DNA of 52,947 nt, taken from positions 1 through 52,947 of the forward strand of contig NIVC01003691.1 in NCBI GenBank assembly GCA_002269645.1. The letters are read 5' to 3'. The stretch is from Macrostomum lignano. Its lineage: Eukaryota. A model generated the notes under the pieces. The model was given only the letters and a program-made list of their open reading frames with translations. It made no database searches and had not been told where the DNA came from. Positions 34,798-52,947 of this stretch are shown one piece after another; positions within the stretch are counted from its first letter, which is position 1; each line of letters opens with the position of its first letter. The position numbers and the translations under genes are program-made.

Positions 34798-36983
34798 ACT
34801 GGTTCAGGAGTATAATAAAAGCAGGGTTTTCATTTTTTATCAAGTCAAAAGCATTAAACTAGTCTTGTTCCACCCACCTAATAGAACCCTTTCAAACCCA
34901 GTGTTCTGTAATGCCTAAACTACAATCAGCTGCTTTGCTCAGTAAGTTTGTAAGGTCAAAGCAAAAATCATAGATTTTCTTTTTTGACTTGCCAAGACTA
35001 CTGCACTTTAAAAGCATATATGAATTGCTAAATACTGAAAAAACACTTACATTAAAATTTGTATCACAAGATCAAAGTGTTCTGAATTCAAAAAATAACC
35101 TCAGATGCAGCTGGCTGCCAATCTGAGGACCTGCAGATCTGAAATTGTATTGAATGAATATAGAATATATAAAATTAAGCATGACTTGTTAACAGTTTTA
35201 CAAGGTAAGTTAGTTAAGCAGCCAATTGTAGTAATTTAATAGGCTATTATAGCTAGGGTAAAAAATACTGTCTAGAGTATATACTTTAGCTCAGAGCAGC
35301 TTATGTACTATAGTCATAACAGTAAAATATTAGGGCCAAACAATGACCATGAGGGCATTGCTATTACATTTCACAAATTATCAAAATTGATTCTGTATAA
35401 GATGCCAAAAAATGTTTTTTTGTTTGAATGTGCAAATACATTGGGGAATTATTTTTTGTTATAAATGCATAAAGGGGGAATGACTAGGCCTAGTATAGGT
35501 GCAATTTTCATCCCAAAAAAACTCAAACTCAAATAGTCATAAGTCCTACACTCACTTGGTTCTGAATAAAAAAACTTGATTTTGAAATAAGTTACTTATT
35601 TAATAGAATTCCAATAATAGTTTGAAGAGATTTGCTAAGAATGAGAGCTAGAAATTCTATATAAATAAATTCTAAGAATAACACTATTATCATCTCTTTC
35701 TTAGCAATGCCTAAGACTAGAGTAGATAATATATACAATGTATATACTAGTAGCACTGCTATAATCAATGCTTTATTATGATTTTAACATTGACCTTACT
35801 TATCTTCAAAGATTTAACAAAATTATAAGAAATGCTAACAGAACTGATACTAGACATATATTAATTAATAAAAACTAAAGAATTAACTAAGCCTATAATT
35901 TTACAAATATTTTCTTAGAATTTTAAAGATAATTAAGATTTTAAGAGAGAAGTAAATATCTTATAACCACAACCTTTTGATACAAATATAATATCAGACT
36001 ATAGTTATTTTGCTACTATTATATTAGTATTTAGCATCACGACTCTAAATAGACTCCTAGTAGATATTAGGTTTAAGTAAACTATCTATCATGGTAATAT
36101 ATAATAAATTTACTTGATCAAAATTGGCAAAAACATGTTTATTATTAGTTTTGTAACTTTATGAATAATTATTACAAACATATAGTTTATGTTCAAGTTT
36201 AAGTAATTAGACCTAGTCAAACCAACATAAGCCTAGCTAGGCCCAATATAATAAGGGTTAAAAATATAAAAAGCATTAGAAAAATTAAAGCATTATAGTT
36301 TATAGTTATATAAATTCATAGTATTTATACTATGCATAATTTTTTTCAAATTTGCAAAACAATAATGGCAGTTTTCATTTGCATGGTATTGTGTAAATAT
36401 TGTTAATAGTATTTATATGGTAACTGAAATAAAAACCTTATAAATAATTAATTATCATACTAGCAACTAGGCCTAGCAACTTAATATTTTTCCCTGAATA
36501 TTTTATTTTCATAATAGGTTTAAACTACTAATTAAAGCTGGTAAATGGAGTTTTAGGTATGATTTGTATGTTTATAGCTTAACATTTTTAGCTTGTTCTA
36601 TTAATAATGCAAAATACAAAAGGTGTTTCAAAAGGATGGATTTGTAGTCAAATGTAACTTGACCATAGCTATAAATACTACACAGCATATAAAACTTGTA
36701 TTTTTAGTTACTGTGTAAATAATGACAGTACTATTTATATGGTACTAGGCCTATGCAAAAAACAAGTGCCAAGCTAACAATACTAAATAAAGTACATTTG
36801 AAGTAAATGCCAATGAGGTCTATCACCTATGTCATATTGGTCAATGTGGATGGCATTCTATCAACATGGCTTGTTGGTTATTAACAAAGAATTCAAATAG
36901 CCATTAGGCTTAGCCTAGGCTAGGCCCTACTTAGTATGCTTGAATTTCAACATATTGAAAAATAAAAAATCTCAAACAAATTG

Positions 36984-37793
36984 GGTATGAAGTATGAACT
37001 AAATTGCAGAAATGGATGCGGATATAGAATGGATTTATATACTAAAATGCGGATTACTATTTTGTAGAATCAATATGGATATAAATAGCAAATGCAGAAA
37101 ATCTCCAGATTTAGTTCTATTATAACATGGATTTATATTTTGCTTTATTTCTGTTTCTGTTTAGGCCCTATTTTCAGATAAATTGTTTGCATTTAAATTT
37201 ATTGTGAAATAATGATGGAAAATCATTTTCTCTATTTTCAAAAGTAAAGCTGCTCTAAGATATGCTACTGATAGTAGAAAATAAGAAATTTGATTAGGTT
37301 TTAAGTTATTTTTGTTGCTAGATATAATAGAAAAATGTATGTACATAACATGTGTACTTCCAGAGACCACAAGTGTATAAAGTTTAAGTTTGGATTCTAA
37401 ATAGGGGGGCCTAGTTCAACTAGATAGTTCAAGTCTAGATTGACTAGTTTCTTGTTTTCATACCTGTGCCAATTCCATAAAGTACATGTTACTCTCTGGA
37501 TGATTTCCTCATCTTGATTTGTTTTTTAAAAATGGAGACAACAATTTTCTATCATTATTCACAATAAATTTGAAAAAGAAAAATTTATCTAAAAATTAAA
37601 TAGAACTAGATATAAAGCAGAATATAAATCAATGTTTTGAGAGAACTAAATCTGAAGATTTTCTGCATCTGCTATTTATATCCACATTGATTCTGCAAAA
37701 TAGTAACTCGCATCTGTATCCGCATTTTAGTAGGGGCCTATGCAAACCCATCCATTCCATATCTGCATCCATTTCCGCAGTTTAGTTGGTACC
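36984..37793. mobile_element. Mutator-type MITE with about 130-bp TIRs
   Basis: Inverted arms at 36995-37118 and 37642-37790; ends GGTA..TACC; 9-bp TSD AACAAATTG at 36975-36983 and 37794-37802. Confidence 0.75.
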
Positions 37794-39011
37794 AACAAAT
37801 TGAGCAATCATTAAAATCAAATTGCATAAACTTAAAAGGTAACATCCAGGCTGAACTATTAGGCTTCTAGGCCTACAGGACTTTTGCCAGTCTGATCCAC
37901 CTAAGGGCAGATCCACCTGACGCTCATTTAATAACTTAACTAGGCTAGGCTAGGGCTAGCCCGGCTAGGCTACTTTTGATTTCGAAATTAATCCAAATTG
38001 TAAGAAAATTTTTGGAGAAAGAAATATTGGCCTTAGATGTCTGTGATAGGGTCCTCGCGGATAATCGCAGCGTCTGCGCCCCTCGCCAGAAGTAAGTAAT
38101 AATAGGTGTCCAGAGTCCAGTCCAGTTGTCAAGTGTCCGTCGGTAGGAGTTACAGTCATTTCGGCGAAAAGTCATTTCTGCGAAATGACCGGTCGGAAAG
38201 TAAACGATATGCATAACTACTTTTTAATCTTGTCTTTTAATCGTTAAAAAGAACTTTAGTTTTAAGCTTAATTAGATTTTTTCTAAACCATACCTCTTAT
38301 ATACTAAAATTATTATTTACTTTGTTAAACTATTGAAAATAAATTTTCAAATTATGTTTTTATTTGAGCATTCTATATTTAATACAAATTTGATATTATC
38401 TGATTAATACCTATATACTTTTTTGTCACCTACGGGTGAAACTGATTTGCTCAAAATCACAAACTACATACATCAATTTCACACAATGCTTGTCTTTTTT
38501 AATTCCTTACTTTTTCTTCGTTTGTCGTTAAAGCTCGTTCAAAGTTTCGTAAATAACATTTAGGCGCTCTTTCAAATACTATAGTATTACAAATCTCGTA
38601 CGATCGTACTTATGCATAAATATTGCCTTCTACTCTTGAATTATTTTTAAATACACTGAAATATATTGGCCAAACAGGCTTCTTGCCTGAGCCAAATACT
38701 TACTTACTACTTACTACTACTACTACATACTTAAGCTATTCAGCTTGTGCACGCGCGTGCCCGACCCAACGTCGGCCTCAGACTTCAGAGAGATACTACA
38801 AAATAGTTAAGTCCGTGGTCTAAGTGTAGAATACAAATTTTCATCTCTAAAATTGCTGAAGATATTTCTATTGCACAGTTAAGAGCTGTGATGAGAAACC
38901 GGGGACAAACGGCACTAATTACCTTTCCCTGCAACAAATCATGTACATGTATATAGTTATAGTTAGTTCTCTATCAGTTTTCCATGCATAGTGTACATGT
39001 ATACTCCCCTG

Positions 39012-39845
39012 TAGGAAATACGACCATTCACAAAGGTGTACGGTAGAGCCCAGTTGATGCCAGCCCTGAGGCTGAGCCCCAGGTTAGGGTTCAGGTGCTC
39101 CTCCCCCCAATTAAATTCCTGTGTAGGCGCTTCCAATTATTGGAGTTATGAGCTCTGCCCTCCTTGCCTGGTCCATCTTGCTCTGTCCTTGGTCCATCTG
39201 CTGTCTCCTCTGGCTGTCTCCCTGCCCTTGTGTCTCGGCTCTCATCCTGACAGTGGACTGGAGTCCTGGGGTTGATGTTCGTCTCAAATCGGGGATACCG
39301 GCTGAGTCCGGGTCCTCTTGCTCCTCTTGTGCCCCTTCCCGACCCCTTGGCCCGGCCTCCAATATTGAGCTGGATAGGTGATACCCTTGGGCTTGCAGCC
39401 CTGTAGGTAGGTAGTCCTGATCCTGCCTGACAGGAGACTCGCCCTCGGAAACAAGCCTTCCAGACTCGCTCCAAAATTAAGCCATTAATTCCGAGACTTC
39501 AGGGTCTCCCTGCTCTCGGACCGCTTTTCAGTAGTAACCCAAGTATTTTTCAATCCAATTTATTTTTTCGCGCACTCCCGGGATTTGTCTGCTGGGTGGT
39601 GGCTTGGGTGGACTCGGTCCTTGCACCGTCCCTGATTCCACAAATTGGGTTGGCGGTGTCTTAGTCCAAAGGCTTGGGTTAGTAGCCCCAAATTCTCACC
39701 AGGCCTCGAGACCTGGTCCCAAGCGTGGCCTCTCGGGCTATATTATATGCCCCTGGTAGTATGGCCCACAGACAGTCCAGCGGCAGAGCCCTACTTGGGC
39801 TGATCCGCGGGGCCCCTGGCTTCCCATCCTCGTATAACAACAAAG
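39012..39845 (+). mobile_element. GC-rich interspersed repeat with an (AAC)n tail, copy 2 (5'-shorter)
   Basis: Colinear with 28400-29285. Confidence 0.65.
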
Positions 39846-39862
39846 AAAAATTAAAGAACATA

Positions 39863-40135
39863 CAGTGGCGGCGCAGCACCTCCGAATAGGGGGAGGGGGC
39901 GGTGGTTGGGTGCACATGGTCGATCACCCCCCTCCCCCAGCAAATTTTTAGAGTTAGAGCGGCGCGTTACGCTAAAATCTCACAAAAAAAGCATAACAAG
40001 CTCGTACTAAAAAATTATGGTGGGTCACCCCACGGAGGGATGGGAGGGTGCAGTTACCCCCCAGGGGCCAGGGTGGTAGGAGGGTGGTCACCCGGGGGCA
40101 GCAGCCCCCTCTGCCCCCCCCCTGCGCCGCCACTG
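39863..40135. mobile_element. hAT-type MITE, 273 bp
   Basis: TIRs CAGTGGCGGCGCAG / CTGCGCCGCCACTG; perfect 8-bp TSD AGAACATA. Confidence 0.92.
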
Positions 40136-40824
40136 AGAACATATAAAAAGTTGACATCTGCATGCACATTGATGTAGTACATGTACAATCCATCTGTATA
40201 TTTGTGTCAGTTATTCAACATACGAGCGAGCGTACCATGCTATTACACCAAAGTGTAGCGCTAGATTGAATCCAAGTGACTGAATTTCACTGGTTAAGAA
40301 TTCCGAAATAAATGAGAAGACGGAGGAAAATATTATTCAGATCGATTCAATTAATGCCCTCATCACCACAAAGGCAATTAATGCCTTCAATTAATTGTAA
40401 AAGAGAAAATCAAGATCATCTTTAACACAAAGGACCACTGTATACACTGCTATCTATACAGTGGTCCTTGCTTTAACATTGTAATTTAGACTAAGGAAAG
40501 TCGCTACATCATATAGAGATCCTCCAACATTACTTACATGTACTGTACATGTGCTTAATATTTTACTCCAATGTTTCTAGATGTTCTGCTTCGGTATGCG
40601 TACTTTGGCCTTGCACTCGAATTGAACGGCCGCGAGGATGCTACTTGTTGTACATCTACATGAACACAGATGCATATAAAAGTTATTTCCGTTTATTTTT
40701 ATTTCTTTTGATCTGAAGCAAATGCAAAGGATTCGTTTCTTGGCCGAGGCGAAGCCAAGGCCTGCAAGCGAGTCCGAAGCTTTTGTTTCAGACCATAGAC
40801 TAAAATGAACGGAAATAATATATA

Positions 40825-41595
40825 CCTTTTAACAGTGTTGTTGGGCATAAGTGAAATTTATTTAGTCCAAGTGTTCCTACCACTGAGTGAAGTGAGTTTG
40901 ATTTAGTCTAGCTGTTGATTTTGGCCATAGACGATTGATGAAAAGTGAAATATATTTGGTCGCTCTTGCTTAGCGCTGAGCTTACCGTGACTTAAAGTTA
41001 GTCGTAGTGAAATTTATTTAGTCCGCTTAGAGTTCTTGTTTGGCTATAGAATTTGCTGAATCATAGAATTCTTTCCATGGAGGCTCCAGCAGCACAGAGA
41101 CGAGTCGCTGTTTCGCAGCAAGACAGGCGAAGGCTGGTCAATGCCTTTGTTCTCAACGAGGACTGGCTCAATCTGGCAAAACAGCTCAACATACCGCGCC
41201 AGTCTGCAAGGAATGTTATCGTTAAGTTTGAGCGAACTGGTCGTGTCGAGGCGGAAAAGCGAGGAGGCAACAAGCCGAAAGCTCTGAGTGATGAGATGAT
41301 CGAGGCTCTCGTGGGATTTGTGGCGGACACGCCAGCTGCGACACTACAAGACATGCGGAGACATCTTATGTGTTTTTGCGCCTTTTTGAAAGTTTACGAT
41401 CTCGTTGACCATATTCATTTCACTTTGACTAAATAAAAGTCACGATCTCGTTGCGCGCGCTAAAAACGACTATATTGAATTCACCGTCTATGGCTGCAAG
41501 CTAATTGAAGCGACTAAATCAAACTCACTTCGCTCAGTGGTAGGAGCACTTGGACTAGATAAATTTCACTTATGCCCAACAACACTGTTAAAAGG
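40825..41595 (+). mobile_element. Internally deleted Tc1/IS630-like element retaining only the HTH region (ORF 41077-41436)
   Basis: TIRs of at least 85 bp beginning CCTTTTAACAGTGTTG, with TA at both flanks. ORF has a paired-like HTH (LAKQLNIPRQSARNVIVKFERTGRV..RGG.KPKAL); no DDE domain. Confidence 0.85.
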
Positions 41596-41770
41596 TATAT
41601 TTATACCCCGGCTGTTTAGCCAAACTATAACACTGTACACTTTAACCATAGACAAATGTTGATTTGATGCAGTTTACGAAAACGACCGTGTTTGGTGTTT
41701 CAAATTGAGTGGTTGTGGTCTACCTAATTTCTTTAATTTTACTATGTGACACTTTCGCGTTAGTTTCAAC

Positions 41771-42390
41771 TTGAATGATATTGACAGCGTCTGTTTTGAA
41801 TCACTTAGTCTTGCTGAAGTCGAAGCAGTCTTGAGTGCCTTGCCACTGGCTCCCGCAACCGATTACAACGAAGATGAGCAGAGACTCAACGAAATAATTG
41901 CGTCTGTAGTGCCAGAAGCTACAACGAAGAAGTGTAAGTGGATGCTAGAAATCTTTCGATCGTGGCACGAAAGGAAGAAGACTCAATGGGCTAAGGCAGG
42001 ACCGAGTTTGATGGTGTTGGCCGATCTATCCGATATTAGCAAGCACGATCTCAACTACGTTCCTAAGTGGTTTGTCTTAGAGATACGAAATAAGCGTGGT
42101 GATCGCTATGGCGCTCCTACATTGAAGGGTTTTTTCAGCATGTTGCAATACTACTTGGTCAACGAATGCGGAAAGCCATGGAGCCTCTGGAAGGACGTGG
42201 AATTCAATGAGAGCCGACGTACGCTGGATGCTTCGATGAAGATGAGTACCCGTGACGGAAAGGAATCTAGCATCGAAGAGAAGCTCTGGTCTAAGGTGTG
42301 CTTGGTAGTGATAGTCCACGACAACTGGTGAGTTCCGCGATTTGGGGTGTGGGAAAATATTTCGCACTACGCGATGGTTCGGAGTTGTAA
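41771..42390 (+). pseudogene. Crypton (tyrosine-recombinase transposon, DUF3504/ZMYM-KCTD1-like) remnant
   Basis: VPEATTKKCKW..IF.SW, FVLEIRNKRGDRY, F.ESRRTLDASMK; after a frameshift near 42290, GVLGSDSPRQL..KYFALRDGSE contains the first catalytic Arg; truncated at 42390. Confidence 0.75.
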
Positions 42391-43469
42391 TTAGTTGTTG
42401 AATACTCGTAACCGTTAGCTATTGTACAACATTATAATCTATTGCATAAACTTGTTTGATTACTTTTCTGCTGCTTATTCGTTGTCTTATTTATTTGGAT
42501 CGTTTATTTGGCCGGGCCAGATAAACGTTTTTTACATTGGACCGTAGACTTATTCGGCGTGGCCAAAAGGGATATAATAAAAACATTTACACGTAGAACA
42601 GTTGAAAGGCTATTGTTCTGAACGTTGTTAACGTACAATTTGGACATTTTCCGCCGTCCGCATAGTCATTTCCTATTCAAGTGAAAATTGGAACTGCGTG
42701 TAAACTAGCAAACTGGTTTTATTTAGAAACAATCATCTATAATCATGCAAGTAAGCATATACATGTGACTGCATATTCCAATGCAGATTTATACAATCTG
42801 TAGCGTTTCCAAATGCACAACTGCGAGCAATGTCTTGAATTGCAGAACGTTCTGCGTGCAGGTGGTAAATAGTCTCTCTTTAATAATCTCTCTCTCTTGC
42901 GTCTACAAGTGTATACACTTTCCTGACAATCGACTGTGCAGAAACACTGCGAAATCGCCGTCCCCCGGCTACCACGATTTCTCTCCCTTCTCTCTCCTAC
43001 CCGAATTCTGGAATGTACATACAGATTTCATAACAGCTAACAGCTACAACCAACTGCATGCGTCTTATCTGACTTGCATGTTCCTCCTCTGACCCAGAAA
43101 GCACATTTTATTCGTTAGCAACATTAGCTAGCGTTCTAGAATCGTGCACGCATGCTTTAAAGCAAAAATTTCTCTACAAAAGTTAATCTCCGCGGTAAAA
43201 AATCGATTTCCAACCGGAGCCCAAGCGCACAAAACAGGCCAAAAAATCAGATAGACCAAGTGCAAGGTTTATTATTCAGCTTCGCGAGTGAGTAAGTTGC
43301 CTTTGCTGTTGCTGAATGTTTGTTAGAATGTGTGCTCTTAATATTCTACCATTCGTGCCCTAACTTCTTTGTGAAAATTCAGCTGTTAGACTAAAGTCTT
43401 AAATTGTGGAACAGGAAGACGAATGTTGATCAATATGGGGCTGAATTGTCTTAAAGTATAGATTGAGAA

Positions 43470-43990
43470 CCCCCTGAAGCTCTAGATCCTTGAGGATCCT
43501 GAAGCTTTAGATTAAGGACCCTGAAGCTCTTGATTGAGCCCCAGCTGAATCTCTAGAGGATCCTGAAGCTCTAGAGATGGAGGATCTTGAAGCTCTAGAT
43601 GGAGGATCCTGAAGCTCTAGATTGGGGATCCTGAAGCTCTAGATGATGGATCCTGATGCTCTAAATTTAGGACCCTGAAGCTCTTGATTGAGCCCCAGCT
43701 GAAGCTGTAGAGGATCCTGAAGCTCTAGAGATGGAGGATCTTGAAGCTCAGCTAGATGGAGGATCCTGAAGCTCTAGATGGTGGATCCTGTTGCTCTAAA
43801 TTTAGGACACTGAAGCTCTAGATTCAGAACTGAAGCTCTAGACGGAGGATCCTGAAGCTCTAGATTGAGGACCATTAAGCTGTCATTGATTATCATCAAG
43901 CTGTAAATTGAACCCTGAAGCGCTCTTTATTGAGCCCTGAAGCTCTAGATGAAGAATCTAAAGCTCTTGTTTGAAGACCCTGAAGCTGTT
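43470..43990. repeat. Degenerate minisatellite built on GGATCCTGAAGCTCTAGA
   Basis: More than 20 copies of a CTGAAGCT core at 18-23-bp spacing. Confidence 0.85.
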
Positions 43991-44560
43991 CATTGATTAT
44001 CATAAAGCAGTAGATTGGTTCTCATGAAGAAAGTAGCTTAAAAACAGATTAATTGGATTTACATACAAGTTACTCGTAAATAAAAAATCTAATAAATCCA
44101 GCTGTACCAGGTGCTTGTAGAAGGGGGCGCGTCACCCATATGCAGTACAAGTTAATTCCGCGCTCGCGTCAACGTCAAAATTGGGTGGTGCATGTACATA
44201 TAACTCTCCTTTAGAAACTTTCTATAATTAGCTAAACTATAAACACTCACGTGACTCAGACAGCAGTAAGGCAGTGAATTAATCACAATTAAATCTCTAT
44301 TGCAGACCGATGACGCATCGATATGCGCGGAGCTACAGAATTTTGCCAAGATTCCACTTGCACTTATAGCTGAATTAAAATGTGCAGAAAAATCTTTCTG
44401 ATAAGATTTGACCATAGTACAGTGGAAATTTATTTATAAATACGAGTATTTGACACACATGCACGGGTGGACGTTCTTTCTAACTTTCAGTTAAAACCAG
44501 TTTTAAGCTATTAAAACCATTTCAAATTTTCCCTCGTTTCCAAGGTGACAGACTGCAGGC

Positions 44561-45387
44561 ATGAGCGAGAAGGAGCCAATTTATCCACCCAACGAAGCTC
44601 CGCCACCGTACTCCGGCAATGCTGATGGTGCCAGCGGGACCGGCCAACTCACTGGCGAGCCTAAATACCCACCACAGCAATACCCGCCGCAGCAGCAGCA
44701 ACCGCAGCAGCAATACCCACAGCAATACCCGCAGCAATACCCACAGCAGCAGCAGTACCAACCGCAGTATCCGCCTCCGGCTCCCTATCCAAATCAGCGT
44801 GAGTTTAACTTTCACTTTTTAGAATTACATGTACAAAAAAGCCTTCAAAACTTCAAAAACCTACGTCTCCTTGTCATAAGTACATGGCGGAATTCTTAGC
44901 TTCTAGGTTATTAGCGAAAAATTCCGGTGTTATTATCACGACACGGTAATTTACTCTCGTAGTTTCAATCCAAAAAGGATTACCTCTCATGCGAACTAAG
45001 TTTAAATGGGACTATTTTAATCGCAGATAAATTTATCAATCAGTTTAACAACAATCTGTTTTAAAAAGTTAACTTAAGCGAATAAACCCGGAAAATTATC
45101 ACGCAGCGCCGCCCGGATTTGCGGCCAATTACGGCACTCCCGGCCCGCGCCCAGTGCTGCTGCAGGCGCTGCCTCAAGCGGTGACCTGCCAGTTCTGCCA
45201 GCAAGCTGTGGTGACTCAGCTCGGCTACGAGAGCGGCATTCTTACCTGGCTGCTGTGCGGCTCCATCTGTCTTCTGGGAGGATTTCTCGGCTGCTGCCTG
45301 ATCCCGTTCTGCATCGACGGCTGCAAAGATGTGTTGCACAGGTGCCCGAATTGCCACAAAATCCTCGGAAGATTCAAGCGCATCTAA
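44561..45387 (+). CDS. LITAF: LITAF/CDIP1-family protein; join(44561..44798,45107..45387), 172 aa
   Basis: PPPY and repeated YP motifs at the N-terminus; LITAF domain CQFC..hydrophobic helix..HRCPNC; phase-1 intron GTGAGT..CGCAG. Confidence 0.9.
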
Positions 45388-46337
45388 GAGAACTCATCAG
45401 TTATAGATTATTTCCACGTATAACAATGGTTTAAGTACTGTAGACTAAAAGTTCAAGTGTACTTAAGTACGCAACAATATTATAACAAAGCTCGCGGGTT
45501 TTGGACTTGGTGAATGTAACAACAACAATCCACTATATTAACTGCACGCCCTGATTGGTTTCTTCACTATAGAGCTCATTCGCAATGCCAGTCATCATTT
45601 TTTCGCATACTCATACCGAAATTTGTCTATTTTGGTGAAGTCATTTTTCGGCAAAAGTGCCTTGAAATCAACAAAAAGTGCTTATTACGATAACAATTAA
45701 AAGACATATTTTCCCAGTTATTACAATTTGCTTAATTTTGTGAATTGTGAGTCACAGTTATAAATAAATATAAACAATCAATTAAAATACGAAAAGATAT
45801 GCTTATGGGGTACAAAAGTAACGATTCAGGAAAAATAATATTGATTTGATTCAAAAACTTGCTAATTTAACACTAGAATTCCTTTAAGGAGAATTGATTT
45901 TACACACCAGTATGAAAGAACAGGAATCAATTATTAGCGGTATGCTATTGGCATGCGCAATTTTGTGAAGTACTTGTACACGTTTTTATTGTTATTATTA
46001 AATGCGCACAACCAATGTCTCGCAGTCCTCATTGTTTTGCACACCAGTTTATAGTTTTGCTAAAGTGCGCTTCAATTCAAGATTGAGAATTTCTAGGACA
46101 TACCATTTGAAGTTCTAGTAAAATATTGTCTTAGCTTTGCAGAGTTCAAAGTTCAAAACCAGCTTTGTGTGTTCTGATTGATTTCGCTAATCGTCCATGC
46201 TGACAGTTACACAATGACAGTTTCAATGACAGTTTCAAGTCCTGAGTCCGAAGCTCTGACCACTTGGCTACAACTCCCAATAACTAGACAGTTAACAAGA
46301 AACGATAATTAAATGACTTCTACTGTCATGGTCATGA

Positions 46338-52065
<5,728 letters not shown>

Positions 52066-52430
52066 CTTTGGGATTGGAGGAAACGAAATGTGGAAGTAGT
52101 TACTGAGAACCTCTTCACTCGATACGATTAACTTAATCTCTTCTTTCTGAACATCTGCATGTATCTGTTGACAGTAGAACTAGCTCGTACCAAGAATAGA
52201 GCAACTCAGGCTCACGAAATTCCAGAACACGGGCTAACTTGTTTGTTGGCCAGCTTCTCAAAAACGAATCAAGTCGCCATCATGCTGGAACAATTCAACA
52301 ATTCTGAAGGAATGCCTGACGGAATGATGACGGAATGCTTGAGGGACTAGTTGATGATGCCAGAAGTTGAGGCTGGATCAGCGAAACTCGAGAAATTCGC
52401 ATCAGGGTGTCTATAATCACCTGCACAGGG

Positions 52431-52947
52431 AAAGGTGGGCTAACGCCCCGACTGCCGGCAATCCCGCACCGCTGTCCCCTGTCCTTCCTTCGCCCTGCGC
52501 ATAGCCCTGCTTGAACTCAACCGCAGGGACATCAGGGTGGTGACCATGGCCCTCTCGGGGAATGGCTGTTTTGCCAGGCATCGTCACCTCCAGGGTTAAA
52601 TCCGCAGTGAGGAATGTCCATTCTGCCTCTCCGGTGTCGAGAATGCGGAGCACTTTATCTGTGAATGCCCCGCCTTTACTCAGGACAGGCTCACCTACCT
52701 CGGCCCAAACCCGGACCTCTCCGACGTTTTCAGGCCCGAGAATCTCTGCCAGCTCGTCCGCTACCTAAGGGCTACCGGGCGAGCGACCATACACCTACTG
52801 GACTTTCCGAAGGGGGACGCGCTGCGGGACACCGGCACCACCGGAACTCCTGCGCGACACCGCCAGCACTAGCTGCCCGTGATCGCCAGGGGTTAGAGGA
52901 ATGGGGCGGCAACTCCTCCTCGCTGCATCCGGATGCCGGAACTCCCT
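52431..52947 (+). pseudogene. LINE ORF2 3' fragment (LOA/R1/I-group type) plus the start of its 3' UTR
   Basis: [55 protein letters not shown] is a C-terminal CCHC knuckle; contains a stop and a frameshift. Confidence 0.8.

Noticed and set aside
52140-52420. Candidate further upstream exon of the CUB/lectin gene
   Set aside because: All three minus-strand frames contain stops; no phase-consistent exon could be fixed.

Overview
Eukaryotic (metazoan) genomic DNA: GC-richer exons, AT-rich GT-AG introns and many repeats. The overall style suggests a free-living flatworm such as Macrostomum, but this is inference only. Reconstructed by hand with phase-consistent splice sites: metaxin (2 exons, +); a 7-exon, about 1004-aa cytosolic peptide:N-glycanase with an unusual thioredoxin-PUB-transglutaminase-PAW-PAW architecture (+); an intronless vwkA-type vWA protein (-); an MH2-only R-Smad-like protein ending in SSMS (+); a compact SANTA-domain KNL2/M18BP1-like gene (+); a small type III membrane protein (-); eIF4H (-); LITAF (+); and a partial CUB/C-type-lectin/TM receptor gene (-) with a 2.76-kb (GATA)n intron. 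Mobile DNA includes two tRNA-derived SINE families, hAT- and Mutator-type MITEs with target-site duplications, two deleted Tc1-like elements, a Crypton tyrosine-recombinase remnant, LINE fragments, a 33-bp palindrome flanked by a 10-bp duplication, and several minisatellites. No rRNA, true tRNA gene or CRISPR array was seen.
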